A program made the position numbers and the translations under genes. The notes under the pieces are model-generated. The model saw only the letters and a list, made by a program, of their open reading frames with translations, ran no database searches and had not been told where the DNA came from. Shown here piece by piece: positions 14,160 through 24,959 of a stretch of DNA of 64,000 bases (positions are counted from its first letter, which is position 1; each line of letters starts with the position of its first letter). The stretch is from Mizuhopecten yessoensis. Lineage: Eukaryota. The stretch spans positions 1,261,140 through 1,325,139 of the forward strand of contig NW_018408507.1 in NCBI RefSeq assembly GCF_002113885.1, in the 5' to 3' direction.

Positions 14160-14530
14160 GGGATCTTTGCTCGCCACATTTTTAAATCACTGTAATTTGA
14201 AGCGGTCGGGCAGTTCAAGTAGCGTCTTAAAGAATCTGCCAGACTACTGCGTGTTGTAAAGCTTCGTAGGTTTCGGAGCGGATTCTTGATTTTTGGCAAT
14301 AGAAATAAATGTTTCAGTTAAGGTTTTGATTGGGTCAACGAAGTGAGTAAATTTTTCTGAAGCAAGTTCCTCGTTGCATGTGTTGGAAATGAACCGTATC
14401 TGCTTTGTGCACATTCCATCGAGATAGAGGATCATCAAGAGGAGCCCGAATATTTTAAGAAAAATGAGGAAGTGGTCATTCCCACACAGGTCAATGTGGG
14501 TAAGAGAGCCAAAAGCGGGGTATAGATTAT
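14160..14530 (-). mobile_element. I/Nimb-clade LINE ORF2 fragment (APE C-terminus + linker), opposite orientation to the adjacent ORF1
   Basis: LYPAFGSLTHIDLCGNDHFLIFLK, RWNVHKAD (shifted frame), DPIKTLTETFISIA and LRRYLNCPTASNYSDLKMWRAK resemble I-group ORF2 motifs (HPATGS/IDL/GSDHFP/RWxxxKAD/PTxxN). Confidence 0.7.
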
Positions 14531-14539
14531 TTTTCATTA

Positions 14540-16470
14540 ATTCACAGTAGCTACAATTTGCCGTGGGTTGCGTCTCGTTGGATTTTACTACTTTGGCTTC
14601 GGACGAGTGATAGACGAGTGGTGATATGGGCCCTCTATCACCGATCGGCTTATCACGCCGAGCCCTTGGTATCCATACTTCCAAGAAGGCGGTTGAATAG
14701 GGTCAATCGTGAGAAAATCTAACGAGTATACTATTCGGTGTATCTTTGACACTTTGGCGCTGAATATCCGCGTTCGTATCAGTGTCCCCTTGTTTGGCTC
14801 CAATGTGGGTAGGGCACCAATAGTGAATCAAAATAACAAACGTATGGGTGATGAAAACATAGAAAAAAGCTGCAGTTCAATCACCTACCAAACAAAACCA
14901 CAGCATCTCCTGTTAAGGAAGGGCATTTAAGGCTTCGCTGGCGATGTCAAATCCGTTAAACCTTTTGGGTCTGGCGATCTTCTCATCGAGGTTTATCGCC
15001 GACAACAGGCGCTATATCTCCAAAAAACTACCAGTTTTGGCGGTCTCAGTGTCAGCGTAAAAACCCCACTCTCTACTGAATTGTAGCAAAGGGATATTTA
15101 GGTGCCAAACCTTACGCAACGAGAGTGGCATACTGGAGTACTATAGGATGAGAGAGTCCCAGTCTCTGAGGTAAGACGGATCTTGACGAGGAAACAAGGA
15201 AACATGGTCCACACACACACACACATTTGTTATAACATTCTCAACACCAACACTTCCACCAACTGTTACCAGTGGGTACCAAAGATACAGCGTCGCCGTT
15301 TATATCCCATGTCCATAAAGATGCTGCAACTGTCAGAGATACGGTCATGAGAAAAAGGTGTAGACGGAATACAGTTTGTCAGCATTGTGGTCGTGAAGAC
15401 CACACCGATCGTGAAGAATGTGATATTGCCAACGAGCGTTGCGTAAACTGCGAGGGAAAGCATACTTTATTGTCTAGAGATTGTCCTACCTGGAGTCAGT
15501 AGGAGATAGTGCGGGTTGAATACATCCGAACTGTCTCTTTTCCAGAGGCTAGGAGGATGGCGGAGAGTACGAACGGTACTGTGCTCTCTTACGCAAACGT
15601 GACCCGAGTCCTGACGCCGGTTGACAGCGCACTGTCAGATACTTTTCGAGTCCGGACGCCGGTTGACAGTGTCACAGTCAGATACTTTTCGAGTCCGGAC
15701 GCCGGTTGACAGTGTCACAGTCAGATACTTTTCAGTTCAGGTTTCTGAGGATATACCTGTCTGGAGAACTCTAGTCCCAGATATGGCAGACCAACAGTTT
15801 CTTAAAGTTCTCACAAGAGACCCCTCTCGTTCACATCAACTTGTTCACATCAACAAGAAAGACACCAACAAAATCTCTACCACCACCATCATCGCAAATA
15901 AACAAACCACCATCGTCATCAAAACCAAAATCTTCCTCGTCAAGATGCAAACCTTCCTCGTCAGGTTACACATCTTCAACCGACAAACAGACCAGGAAGA
16001 AAACCCAGAATAAACAGGGGCACTGCTGGGTAGAAACCAGATCTGCATGTTGCCAATGGTAAAGTATCTGGAAAAAACATCAACAGATTTAGTTCTTAAA
16101 GTGACTTCGGTGCTGATGAAAAGTGGAAGTGAATAACCCTATGATTCGCTCTCCAACTCCATCAAAATCGGGTCGAAGCGTTAAAAATGAGTAATACAAT
16201 AGTTCAATGGAATATACGCGGATGAAAGGCAAAGTTAGAAGAATTCAATCCAACTATTTTCTGTCAGTAAGAATAAATGCTGAAATACCCTATCACTCTA
16301 AGATACTACTCGCTTTATTGCAACATACCACCTGCAGGCAACAGGTGGCTCGGCCGTAGCAGTCTATAAAAATATGCCTCAAGTTAAACACGGCCCTGCA
16401 AGCAATTGCGTTTGTGTAACTTTACACAGACAAATAACTATTTGTTCCATTTATCTTCCTCCATGTTTTT
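14540..16470 (+). mobile_element. Degraded I/Nimb-clade LINE: 5' UTR, gag-like ORF1 with three CCHC knuckles, start of ORF2 APE
   Basis: GDVKSVKPFGSGDLLIEV, FVITFSTPTLP, CCNCQRYGH / CQHCGREDH / CVNCEGKH...DCPTW; ORF2 begins at ATG 16187 (MSNTIVQWNIRG*) and reaches ITICSIYLPP (16434-16463). Confidence 0.88.
15605..15733. repeat. 42-43-bp tandem triplication inside LINE ORF1
   Basis: GAGTCCGGACGCCGGTTGACAGTGTCACAGTCAGATACTTTTC, ~3 copies. Confidence 0.85.
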
Positions 16471-17487
16471 ACAAGTGATCAATCGAATGACATTGATAAA
16501 AATGTCGAGACCTGTGTCATATAGAGAAAACAATCCTCATGGTTTATTACTTCTTTAATTAGATAAAAACTAATATACATTATGAGTGGAATTTTTTTAT
16601 ATCACATAAATTATTATACTAGCAGGCATGAAACTTCGTTCAGAGATTATTATACTATGACGTCACAAGCACGTCACATTCCATCGGCCTTCATCGGCTA
16701 TAATTCTGGATGGATGAAAAAGAACCGGAAAATCTTGGAACTGATGTCCGTTGCATTTATCTCTTTGTCGGTGCTTCATGACTTTTCAGATTTTGTCACA
16801 GGCACAAAAAGTAAAAATGCAGATGTTTTCTGAAGACCCTTTTTGTCATCAACCAGGCTCTGTTAATATTTCTACCGGGAGATATCTTCAAAAAGAGTCG
16901 ACATTAAACCAATAGGTCAACGTGTACATTTATTTGTCATCGTCTAAAATTTCATCAGCTTTTTATTTTCATTCGTTGAGATTATGAACGAAATAAATGA
17001 CATTTTTAACAAGTCTGTTTATAGTCTTTACATAATTTATGTATGCATCACCATTCATAAAAGAAACAATGGATAATTAATTTATGTCGAAATCAACAAT
17101 AATTGTCCAGAAAACCAACCCTAGTTCAACGCCCTTTTTCAGCAACGTATTATATTTTCACAACGCGTGCCCATTTATAACTAGCTATAGAAACTGTTTA
17201 ATTTCATTTGGCATCACTACCTGTCAAACCTCGGTGACAGTTACAAAACTTGAAATTCAATCCGGTGTTTCAGGATGGAACAGGAATTGAGACTACATAC
17301 CGATAGTATTACAATGTTTTCTTTTTTCTTTTCTTTTTAATTAACATCTCTATTCATTTACTTAGACTTATCGTCAAATATGTAATATGCACTTTTTTCT
17401 ATAGCAATTACCAAACAGTTTTTCCCAACTTATCTCAATCATTCTTTTGTTCTCTGAAGGAAGCACGCTGAGGATTTAATTCTTAAT

Positions 17488-17592
17488 GTGGGAGGAAGAT
17501 GTAGTATCCGGGAAAAAACCCGCGTGGTCGGGCAGGTGACCAGGATTGAATCCGGTCATCTTGGTGAAGACGAGCGCACTATCCACCGCGAC
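17488..17592 (-). mobile_element. tRNA-derived SINE fragment with V-domain-like body
   Basis: Minus strand reads CGCGGTGGATAGTGCGCTCG...GGATTCAATCC (A/B-box-like) then GGGTTTTTTCCCGGATACTACATCTTCCTCCCAC, resembling the conserved GGGTTTCCTCCGGGTACTCCGGTTTCCTCCCAC SINE domain. Confidence 0.6.
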
Positions 17593-17727
17593 CCATCATA
17601 TACGTTACGCACAAGAACAAATATCTACTTTAGCTTTGATTTGAAGAAAATGGCGTCATTGATGCAAAAATTATATTGTGAATACATTTTTACGAATCAT
17701 CAATGATACAAAAAATCTACAAACGTC

Positions 17728-19384
17728 AGACCGGGGCAAGTTCGGCCAACCCTGATATTTTTGTTTTTGAGCTAACGTTTACAACTTTAAGGATATTAGC
17801 AGTTTAGTTGGCTGGGCATTAACACGAAAAAATTGGCGAGGAAAACTCAGATGTAAAATTAATAAACAGGAGAATATTACTTTTGAGAGGGTAGCAAGAC
17901 AATCCTGATCTCGCTTCTAGTTATGCGAACTTTCTGTAAACGGAATTGCTACTTTTTACGGTCAAACGTGTAACACACATTTACATTTACCTTGTATACG
18001 TCACTTTTGTAATTTCCAGTAATTAGGCGAGCTGCTCTCCTTTGTATTCTCTCTAGTTTTTCAATGTCTGATTTTAGATGGGGTCCCAAATAATACTGCC
18101 CTAGTCCAGAATTGATCTAACAAGTGATATATATGCTGTTTTCTTACACTTTTTGGGCAGTGTTTTACATTTCTTCTCAAAAAGCCTAAAGTTGAGCTCG
18201 CTTTCATCGCAATGTTGCTTATACGAGTACTCAATTGAGGTCATTTGATATCTGGAGTCCTAGGTATGGATCGTTTTGTACCTCTTAAAAAATGTGGTTA
18301 TTCAGGCTATAGAATTTTGATGACTTTTTCCTAATTGACATGATGTAGCATTTGTTTTTGGCATTACATTTCATGCTCCATTTATCAAGGGTTTTTTTGG
18401 TGTCATTTGGAGGATGTTATAATCATTGAATGTTCTGATTTGTCGATATAAAAGGCAGTCGGTGGCGAAAAGACGTACTTGTGATTTGAGTCTGGTAGGT
18501 CATTTATGTGGCAGAGGAAAATAAATGGTTTTAGTACCGTCCCTTGCTGCACCCCGAAGGCGACGTGTTCCTACTGTGACGTTGTGCCTTCAAGTACAAC
18601 CTTCATTTTCCTCTGTGTTAGAATGACGTCAGTCAGTTGTGCACTTGCCCTCGCACGCCGTACTGAGCGACTTTATGCAGGTGTTTCTTGTGTGGCACGG
18701 TGTCAAATGCTTTGGAGAAGTCTAGTATTGCTACATCCAACTGGTTCCCATTGTCGTGCGCTTTTAAGAAGTCATTTATAGTCGAGTAATTGTGTCTGAC
18801 AGGAATAACCAGATCTGAAGCCAAGATTTAGATTGGTGAGTACTTTATGTTTTTCAATATGTTTTAGCATGTGTCGACAGATGATATGTTCCAGAAGTTT
18901 GCTGGGGACTGATGTTCGTGACACTGGTCGATAGTTTTCCGCAGAGTGTTTGTCACCCTTTTCCATTGGCAGCTTCAAATGATATTAATAAAAGCCAAGC
19001 TAAGCACTCACTACCATATTGCTGTACGATAAGAATTTATTGAAATATCAATTTAGGCCCAGACAGGTTCGGCCAATGATACCGTGGCAAGTTCGGCCAA
19101 TGATACCGTGGCAAGTTCGGCCCATGTAACACATACAAAGTCGTAAAATTGGCGGTAAAATCTGACGTTGCAGACTTTATGGCGTCATAATTAAGCTGAT
19201 TCCAATGGGGGCCGAACTTACCCAAATGCCTGTCCGAAATTATGCCATGGCGGGCCTCGTTAGGCCATCCAATCTTCCGTCAGGGAAAATTAAATAATGT
19301 TCAAAAACGGACATGCTGCCATACTTCCCAGAACGGACTTTAATATATAAAAAAAAAAAGGGTCGAACTTGCCCCAATCTCCCC
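17728..19384. mobile_element. TcMar/pogo-like non-autonomous DNA transposon interrupted by a LINE fragment
   Basis: Left AGACCGGGGCAAGTTCGGCC versus reverse complement of right end GGGGAGATTGGGGCAAGTTCGACC, followed by TA; the TIR motif GGCAAGTTCGGCC is repeated internally at 19062-19122. Confidence 0.6.
18000..18975 (-). mobile_element. CR1-group LINE reverse transcriptase fragment
   Basis: KGDKHSAENYRPVSRTSVPSKLLEHI, GFRSGYSCQTQL, LDFSKAFDTVPH, degenerate GVQQGTV and VRLFATD; frameshifted. Confidence 0.9.
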
Positions 19385-19559
19385 TATTGTTATGTGGGTC
19401 TAAATCTCATTAGGGCTTATGTTTATGTCTCGACTATCTTATCTCATTCTGAAAGTAGTACTCTGAAACAGTAAATATCAGAGATCAACAAATTCATATT
19501 ATGACAATATTATAAAAAAAATAAAAGTTTTAAATTAGAAAGAATAATAGTGATAGTAC

Positions 19560-19699
19560 AATGTGAGATCGTGGTAGTGATCTTCTCCGACACAGACGGC
19601 ACTAGTAACACTGTCCACTGTTCAAGCAGTGTAATGAATAGTGGACAGTGTTACTAGTGCCGTCTGTGTCGGCAAAGATCACTACCACGATCTCACATT
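19560..19699. repeat. Near-perfect 140-bp palindrome (65-bp arms, 10-nt loop)
   Basis: Arm 19560-19624 equals the reverse complement of 19635-19699 with 3 mismatches; loop AGCAGTGTAA. Confidence 0.95.
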
Positions 19700-19717
19700 A
19701 AATATCTTCAAGCTATG

Positions 19718-19720
<3 letters not shown>

Positions 19721-19784
<64 letters not shown>
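19721..19784. repeat. (CT)32 microsatellite
   Basis: Uninterrupted CT run. Confidence 0.98.
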
Positions 19785-19785
<1 letters not shown>

Positions 19786-19869
19786 ACACTAAACTAAATT
19801 GAAAATATTAATCAATTTAAAAATTGCCATCTTGTATATATATATTTCATTATGTTATTGGAAAAGGGC

Positions 19870-20120
19870 TTTTTGTCAACTTTTCCCCACTATTTGTCCA
19901 AATTTGTCCACTAGTTGTCCACCTTTGTCAACTATTTGTCCACTATTTATCCACTATTGATCAACCTTTGTCCACTTTTGTCCACTATTTGTCCATTATT
20001 TGATATATTTGGCCACTATTTTCCCACATTTGTCCACCTTTGTCCACTAATTGTCCACTAATTGCCCACCTTTGTCCACTATTTGTCCACATTTGTCAAC
20101 TATTTGTCCACATTTGTCCA
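19870..20120. repeat. Degenerate 10-11-bp tandem repeat TTTGTCCAC(T/C)(A)
   Basis: About 20 imperfect copies. Confidence 0.85.
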
Positions 20121-20323
20121 AATAGGAAGAAATAAAAAAGGTGATATTAACAGTATATGATTATATTTGTCTTAATTGGAAAACCGATTTTCCGTTATAA
20201 TGTCCGTTGTGATTTTCGCAGATTTCCACGTTCCACTAAGCGAGGTCTACATCTTTAGCTGATACGGGATGTGTCGTTGCTCAGTGTAGTGTATAAACAC
20301 CTTTATAGATAACCAGTAACAAA

Positions 20324-20752
20324 ATGAGTTTTGGTATTTACCAATTAAAATGTTTTTATTTTAAAATTAATGTTAACAATTATGTATTGTATTTTGTACA
20401 TATTTGTCCCCTTTTGTCGTTATGTCAAGTCGTTGTACCCCACAGTCAACATCTTGGATTAATACATCACTCACATTCCCTGACACCCATTACTCAGAGG
20501 CAGAACTACGCCTCTCCAGAAATGCCCGTACTGACGCGTATATCGCCTGTTGCACCGACACACATGCCGCCGATGACTACATTACAAGTGGAAATACCTC
20601 ATGACCAAACTACTGACGAATCACCATGGAACATTTCTGACGACACTATATGGATCGATTCTGACGACGCATGGAGCACTGCAAACTGGTATGAAAACGT
20701 AGGTATACTTACTGAATTAAAAAATATTACACATATAATGGATAATGTATAA
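20324..20752 (+). CDS. Orphan ORF (142 aa), possibly a small Polinton accessory gene or remnant
   Basis: ATG at 20324 preceded by GTATAAA (~20291) and followed by AATAAA (~20772); acidic, Trp-containing C-terminus (DESPWNISDDTIWIDSDDAW); no recognisable homology. Confidence 0.2.
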   Translation: MSFGIYQLKCFYFKINVNNYVLYFVHICPLLSLCQVVVPHSQHLGLIHHSHSLTPITQRQNYASPEMPVLTRISPVAPTHMPPMTTLQVEIPHDQTTDESPWNISDDTIWIDSDDAWSTANWYENVGILTELKNITHIMDNV

Positions 20753-21053
20753 TATATAATGTATAACATTTAATAAAAACCCAGCATATTCTGGAATGAT
20801 TCTCTGTTTTCACTCAACTAAGTTGCCCGTACTGTCGCTGGTTATCTCCTCTGAATTCAATGGTGATTCTTTATCTTATTGGTATAACCATGACTAGCAC
20901 CGTTTGTATGTCCTAATTGGTTTCTGTGGAGGTTACATCTCAGGCTAGTAGGTAGGTTCATTTGGGATGTCGAGGAAGTCGGAGGGATTGTCACTCTATA
21001 ATGATTTTACTGAGTGTGTAAAATATTTTAATTACGATCTTTACTTTTTACAG

Positions 21054-21101
21054 GAATCTCCCACACCTGATGAAGCCTCTGACACTGACAGCCTAATTGA
21101 G
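21054..21101 (+). other. Candidate 48-nt symmetric micro-exon (ESPTPDEASDTDSLIE)
   Basis: Acceptor CTTTACTTTTTACAG| and donor GAG|GTATGA; 16 open codons, phase 0-0. Confidence 0.3.
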
Positions 21102-21144
21102 GTATGAAGATCAAGTTTTTGTGGATAATTATGTAATTAGAAGT

Positions 21145-21256
21145 TAGAAGACTCTAGCTTTTACGCTGTATAATTAGACTTGGAAAACTCTAGCTTTTAC
21201 GGTGTATAATTAGTTACTTAAAAGACTCCAGCTTTTACGGTGTATAATTAGTTACT
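21145..21256. repeat. Short tandem repeat, ~3 copies of AGACTCTAGCTTTTACGGTGTATAATTAG core
   Basis: Core seen at ~21149, ~21187 and ~21223. Confidence 0.75.
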
Positions 21257-21429
21257 GAGAAAAGACTCTGATAACAATATCGAAGTGTGAATATCAAGTA
21301 GTTTTTACGGATGTACTTATGTTATGTTATAGTTACTTAAAATAATTGTTTTTTTTAAACTTTTTTTAAAAGCCCTCACGGCCTCACACACGTATTACAA
21401 GCGGTCGAAAAAAATATAAACACAGGCAC

Positions 21430-24410
21430 CGGTGCGTATAGAAACAAGATTTTTCACAAGGGTCTGTCCAACCCCATTTGCGTACCTCCGACGGAACATC
21501 TGACGGTTAAAACGGCACTAGAACACGTAGAAAAAACGCTAACGAGCACACAAGACCTAGACGTCGGCGAACCTTTCGAAATAGTACTCGGTAGCACAGA
21601 ACGGCGGAAAGGGCTACATAAGCAATCTGCAGAGAGATAAATGCATCAAGAGAAGTATATCCGTAGAACGTGACAAGAACGTGTGTGCCGCAAGGGCTGT
21701 GGCGATAGGAATCGCAAAACTAGGAGCGAAACCAGACGCAACGGTAGCCAACGAACACTACGTCACTTCCACTGGTCTAGCTAACTTCTTACGTACAAGA
21801 ACGCGCAGGTACAGATATATCAAGGACGTCACGACAAAAGATTCCAAACATCACGGCAGCACCCAGGGAAAGCTGGTCAAACGCATAATGGAGAAATCAG
21901 GCCTGGACCCCGAACAAAGCGTCAGCATTTCGGACGTGAAGAAGATGGAAAATTACTTGCAGATTAACATAGCGGTAATAGGAGTTCAAGAACAAAACAA
22001 GTCCATAAGGGGAATCGGCGACATGACCTGCGAAACGGTATTTCTGCTGATGGACAACAACCATTACGATTGTATTACAAGTATGACCGGTTTCTTCAGC
22101 AGCAGTTATTTCTGCAATCTTTGTTTAGCTCCGCACTCCCACAGAGATCGACAGAGTTGCGAAAACCACTGTAGGAATTAAAGAAAGGATACATCCCGCA
22201 CCTCTTCAACACCGCAGAAAACAGCCAATACGTTGGAACCTATCCGTCGCCGTACACTACGGATTCGAAAAATGAGACCAGATGGAAAACAGAAGTTTGC
22301 AGAATGGTACCGCGAAAAACATCTATAACGAGGAAGTATTCGACCTCCAGATTGAACTCTAGGAATACTGCAAGAGCGACGTCCACATATTGAAGAAAGG
22401 CTGCATGGCGTATCGGGAATTGTTGCTGCAGAGTACGGGGATGGGTCCGTTTCCGGGTATAACTGCTGCGGGGTCTCCATGTCGGTGTTCAAATCGAACT
22501 TTCTGGTAGAAACATAAGACGTGAAACTGACAGACAGACAGACAGAGGCTGGGTTTGTGCCACCAGAAAAAATGGACACTGGTACGTAGACATCAACGAA
22601 GTCGAGGGAGAAGACATACTATTTAAAAAGTTTCTATTCACGGACCTTGCTAAAGTACCCCCGGAAGGCTATACCACGCGCGTGAACTTCTCCATGGAAT
22701 CCGTAGGTTGGCTCGAGTGGAAATCAAAATCCATGGGCACTCACATATAGAACGCACTCACATACAGCACGCACTAAACGGTAAGGGCGAGAAGATTGGG
22801 AGATACCACGCCGACGGATTCAGCGAATCGACGGGCATCGTGTTCGAATGCAACTCCTGCAAGTATCACGTTGCGTGTCCCAACGACAGAACGAAACACA
22901 AGATACCGCCGTCGAATCAGTCCGTCTCGGAACTCAAGTCGCTTCACGACAACAAGGTCAGATATCTCCAGAGTTGCGACTACCGAGTGGTTGTGAACTG
23001 GAACTGCCAGTTTCAAAAGGACAAGGAGAAAGACCCAAGACTGAGGGAATTCCTCGCCACTTTGGACCTTACGGAGAGACCACAGGGATTGTTTTTTTAG
23101 GGAGGACTAACGCCTTAGAGTTGCATCACGCAATGCAAGGCTACGAAGAGATCCGTTACGTCGATTTAACAAGTCTCTATCCTGACGTGAACAAAAATTG
23201 CCAATACCCTACGGGTCACCCTTAGATAATTACGTCAGGTTTCGACCCCCTTGACAAATACTTCGGTTTGGAGAAGGCGAGGGTTCTTCCGCCTCGAGGT
23301 CTTTACGTACTGGTCTTACCCGTGGAGTGTAACAACAAACTGAAATTCCCTCTGTGTTACAACTGCGCCGTCTACGAAAGGCAAGAGAGGTGTTCCTGCA
23401 CAGACGAACAGCGTGCCATTTTGGGAACGAGGTGCAATCCGGAGCTTATGAAAGCCTTAAAAAATGAGTTACGTCGTGCTGAAGGTGTACGAAGTATACC
23501 ACTTCCAGGACAGCAGCAAGCAACTCTTTAAGGAATACATCGACACGTTCCTGAAATACAAACAGGAGAGTAGCGACTGGCCCTGCTGGTGCGGCAGCGA
23601 CGAAACAAAGAGGGACTACGTCGAAGCGTACTATCGAAACGAGGGCATAAGACTGGGCCGTAGTAGAATCACCCACAAGCTAGGCCTAAGGTCCGTTTCC
23701 AAGCAGCAACTGAACAACTTCTGGAGGAAGTTCGCGCAGAGGTGCGTGTACCCAAATTGTAGGTATTTCACAGGAAGGGAACTGGCAGATTTCTACCGCT
23801 TGATTACCGACCCATACCACGAGTTACTAGATTTTCAAGTCGTCAGCGAGAACCTTATGTACGTACAATACAAGTCGTGCGTCGAACAGTCGTACGACAG
23901 AGACCACAGGAACATCTTCGCGGCCTCGTTAACGACTTACTGGGCGCGATTAAAACTGTACGGCGTGATGGAGAAATTAAACGAGAGGATGTTTGACCAC
24001 GACACGGACAGCGTGGTATACGTACACGCACTCGGTTATCCTGGCAACCCCGAATTGGGCGATTACCTCGGACATCTGACGAACGAACTACCCCGCGGCG
24101 AACACATAGCTGAATTCGTTTCTGCCGGACCTAAGAACTACACGTACCGCACAAACAAAAGCAACATGGTGTGTAAGGTCAGGGGATTTTCCCCGAACGT
24201 GCAAAACGGTAGGACTGTACACTTTTCAGTGGTAAAAGAATGGTCTTGTCGGACGGCGAGAGAGTCACCCAAACAGTAGACGACAAAATAATGAGGGATC
24301 AGAAGACATTTGCGTTGTACAACGAATCTCGTACCAAACTGTACAGATTGGTATACACTAAAAGGGCCATTGACCCTGACAGCTTAAACACGTATGTGTA
24401 CGGTTATTAA
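21430..24410 (+). pseudogene. polB: Polinton/Maverick (adintovirus-like) protein-primed family B DNA polymerase, disrupted
   Basis: CAARAVAIG, DNNHYDCITSMTGFF, LKKGYIPHLFNT, EYCKSDVHIL (ExoIII), HIQHALNG...ADGF (nuclease-like insert), YVDLTSLYP (motif A), KQQLNNFWRKFAQR (motif B), DTDSVVY (motif C), GDYLGHLTNEL, SAGPKNY, CKVRGF, C-terminal YTKR...TYVYGY* (TAA 24408-24410); several frameshifts and stops; more GC/CpG-rich than its flanks. Confidence 0.93.
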
Positions 24411-24902
24411 ATGCACGTACAGTGCAAAAGGCTAGGGACACAGTGTAATTGGGAAAACTGCATATTGTAAGTTGTATATAATGTTAATTTCAAAACAAAA
24501 AAGGCTAGGGACATAGCGTAATTGTACATATTCATATAATGTTAATTATTTATTGCATGTTGTATATAACGTAGATTATTGATTGGAATATATATCAGTT
24601 TGTTATGAATTTCATTGTTTTGTAAATATGTTTGAAATTGAAAATGTAAATAGTGAAAATTAAAAAGACAGAAAAAAAGAGAGAAAATTAAGACCACATG
24701 ACTTTTCAGTTTTTCTGACAATTTTTTTATTGAGTCAATGTACAAGGAAATGCGATTTTAATTTCTGTATGTCTTGCTGCTGGTTTTTTTTTCTCTCGTT
24801 TTGCAAAGGTTCGCAGGTCTGCCAAGCATCGCAGAGAGAGAGAGTACGTCACACGCAATACACACTATGATGAGTAGATACAGAGGGAGCTCCGTAGGTT
24901 TA

Positions 24903-24959
24903 GGTGGTTGCTAAGGCGCCATCTTTGATCCAAGATGGCGGATTTCCTTAGCAGCTACC
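24903..24959. other. Hairpin containing opposed CGCCATCTT/AAGATGGCG motifs
   Basis: GGTGGTTGCTAAGG-CGCCATCTT-TGATCC-AAGATGGCG-gattt-CCTTAGCAGCTACC folds into a bulged stem-loop. Confidence 0.65.

Noticed and set aside
16500-17300. Possible Crypton-like or other DNA transposon remnant
   Set aside because: No termini or protein motifs could be verified by eye.
17488-17592. tRNA gene
   Set aside because: A/B-box-like motifs are present but no cloverleaf, and the sequence continues into a SINE body domain.
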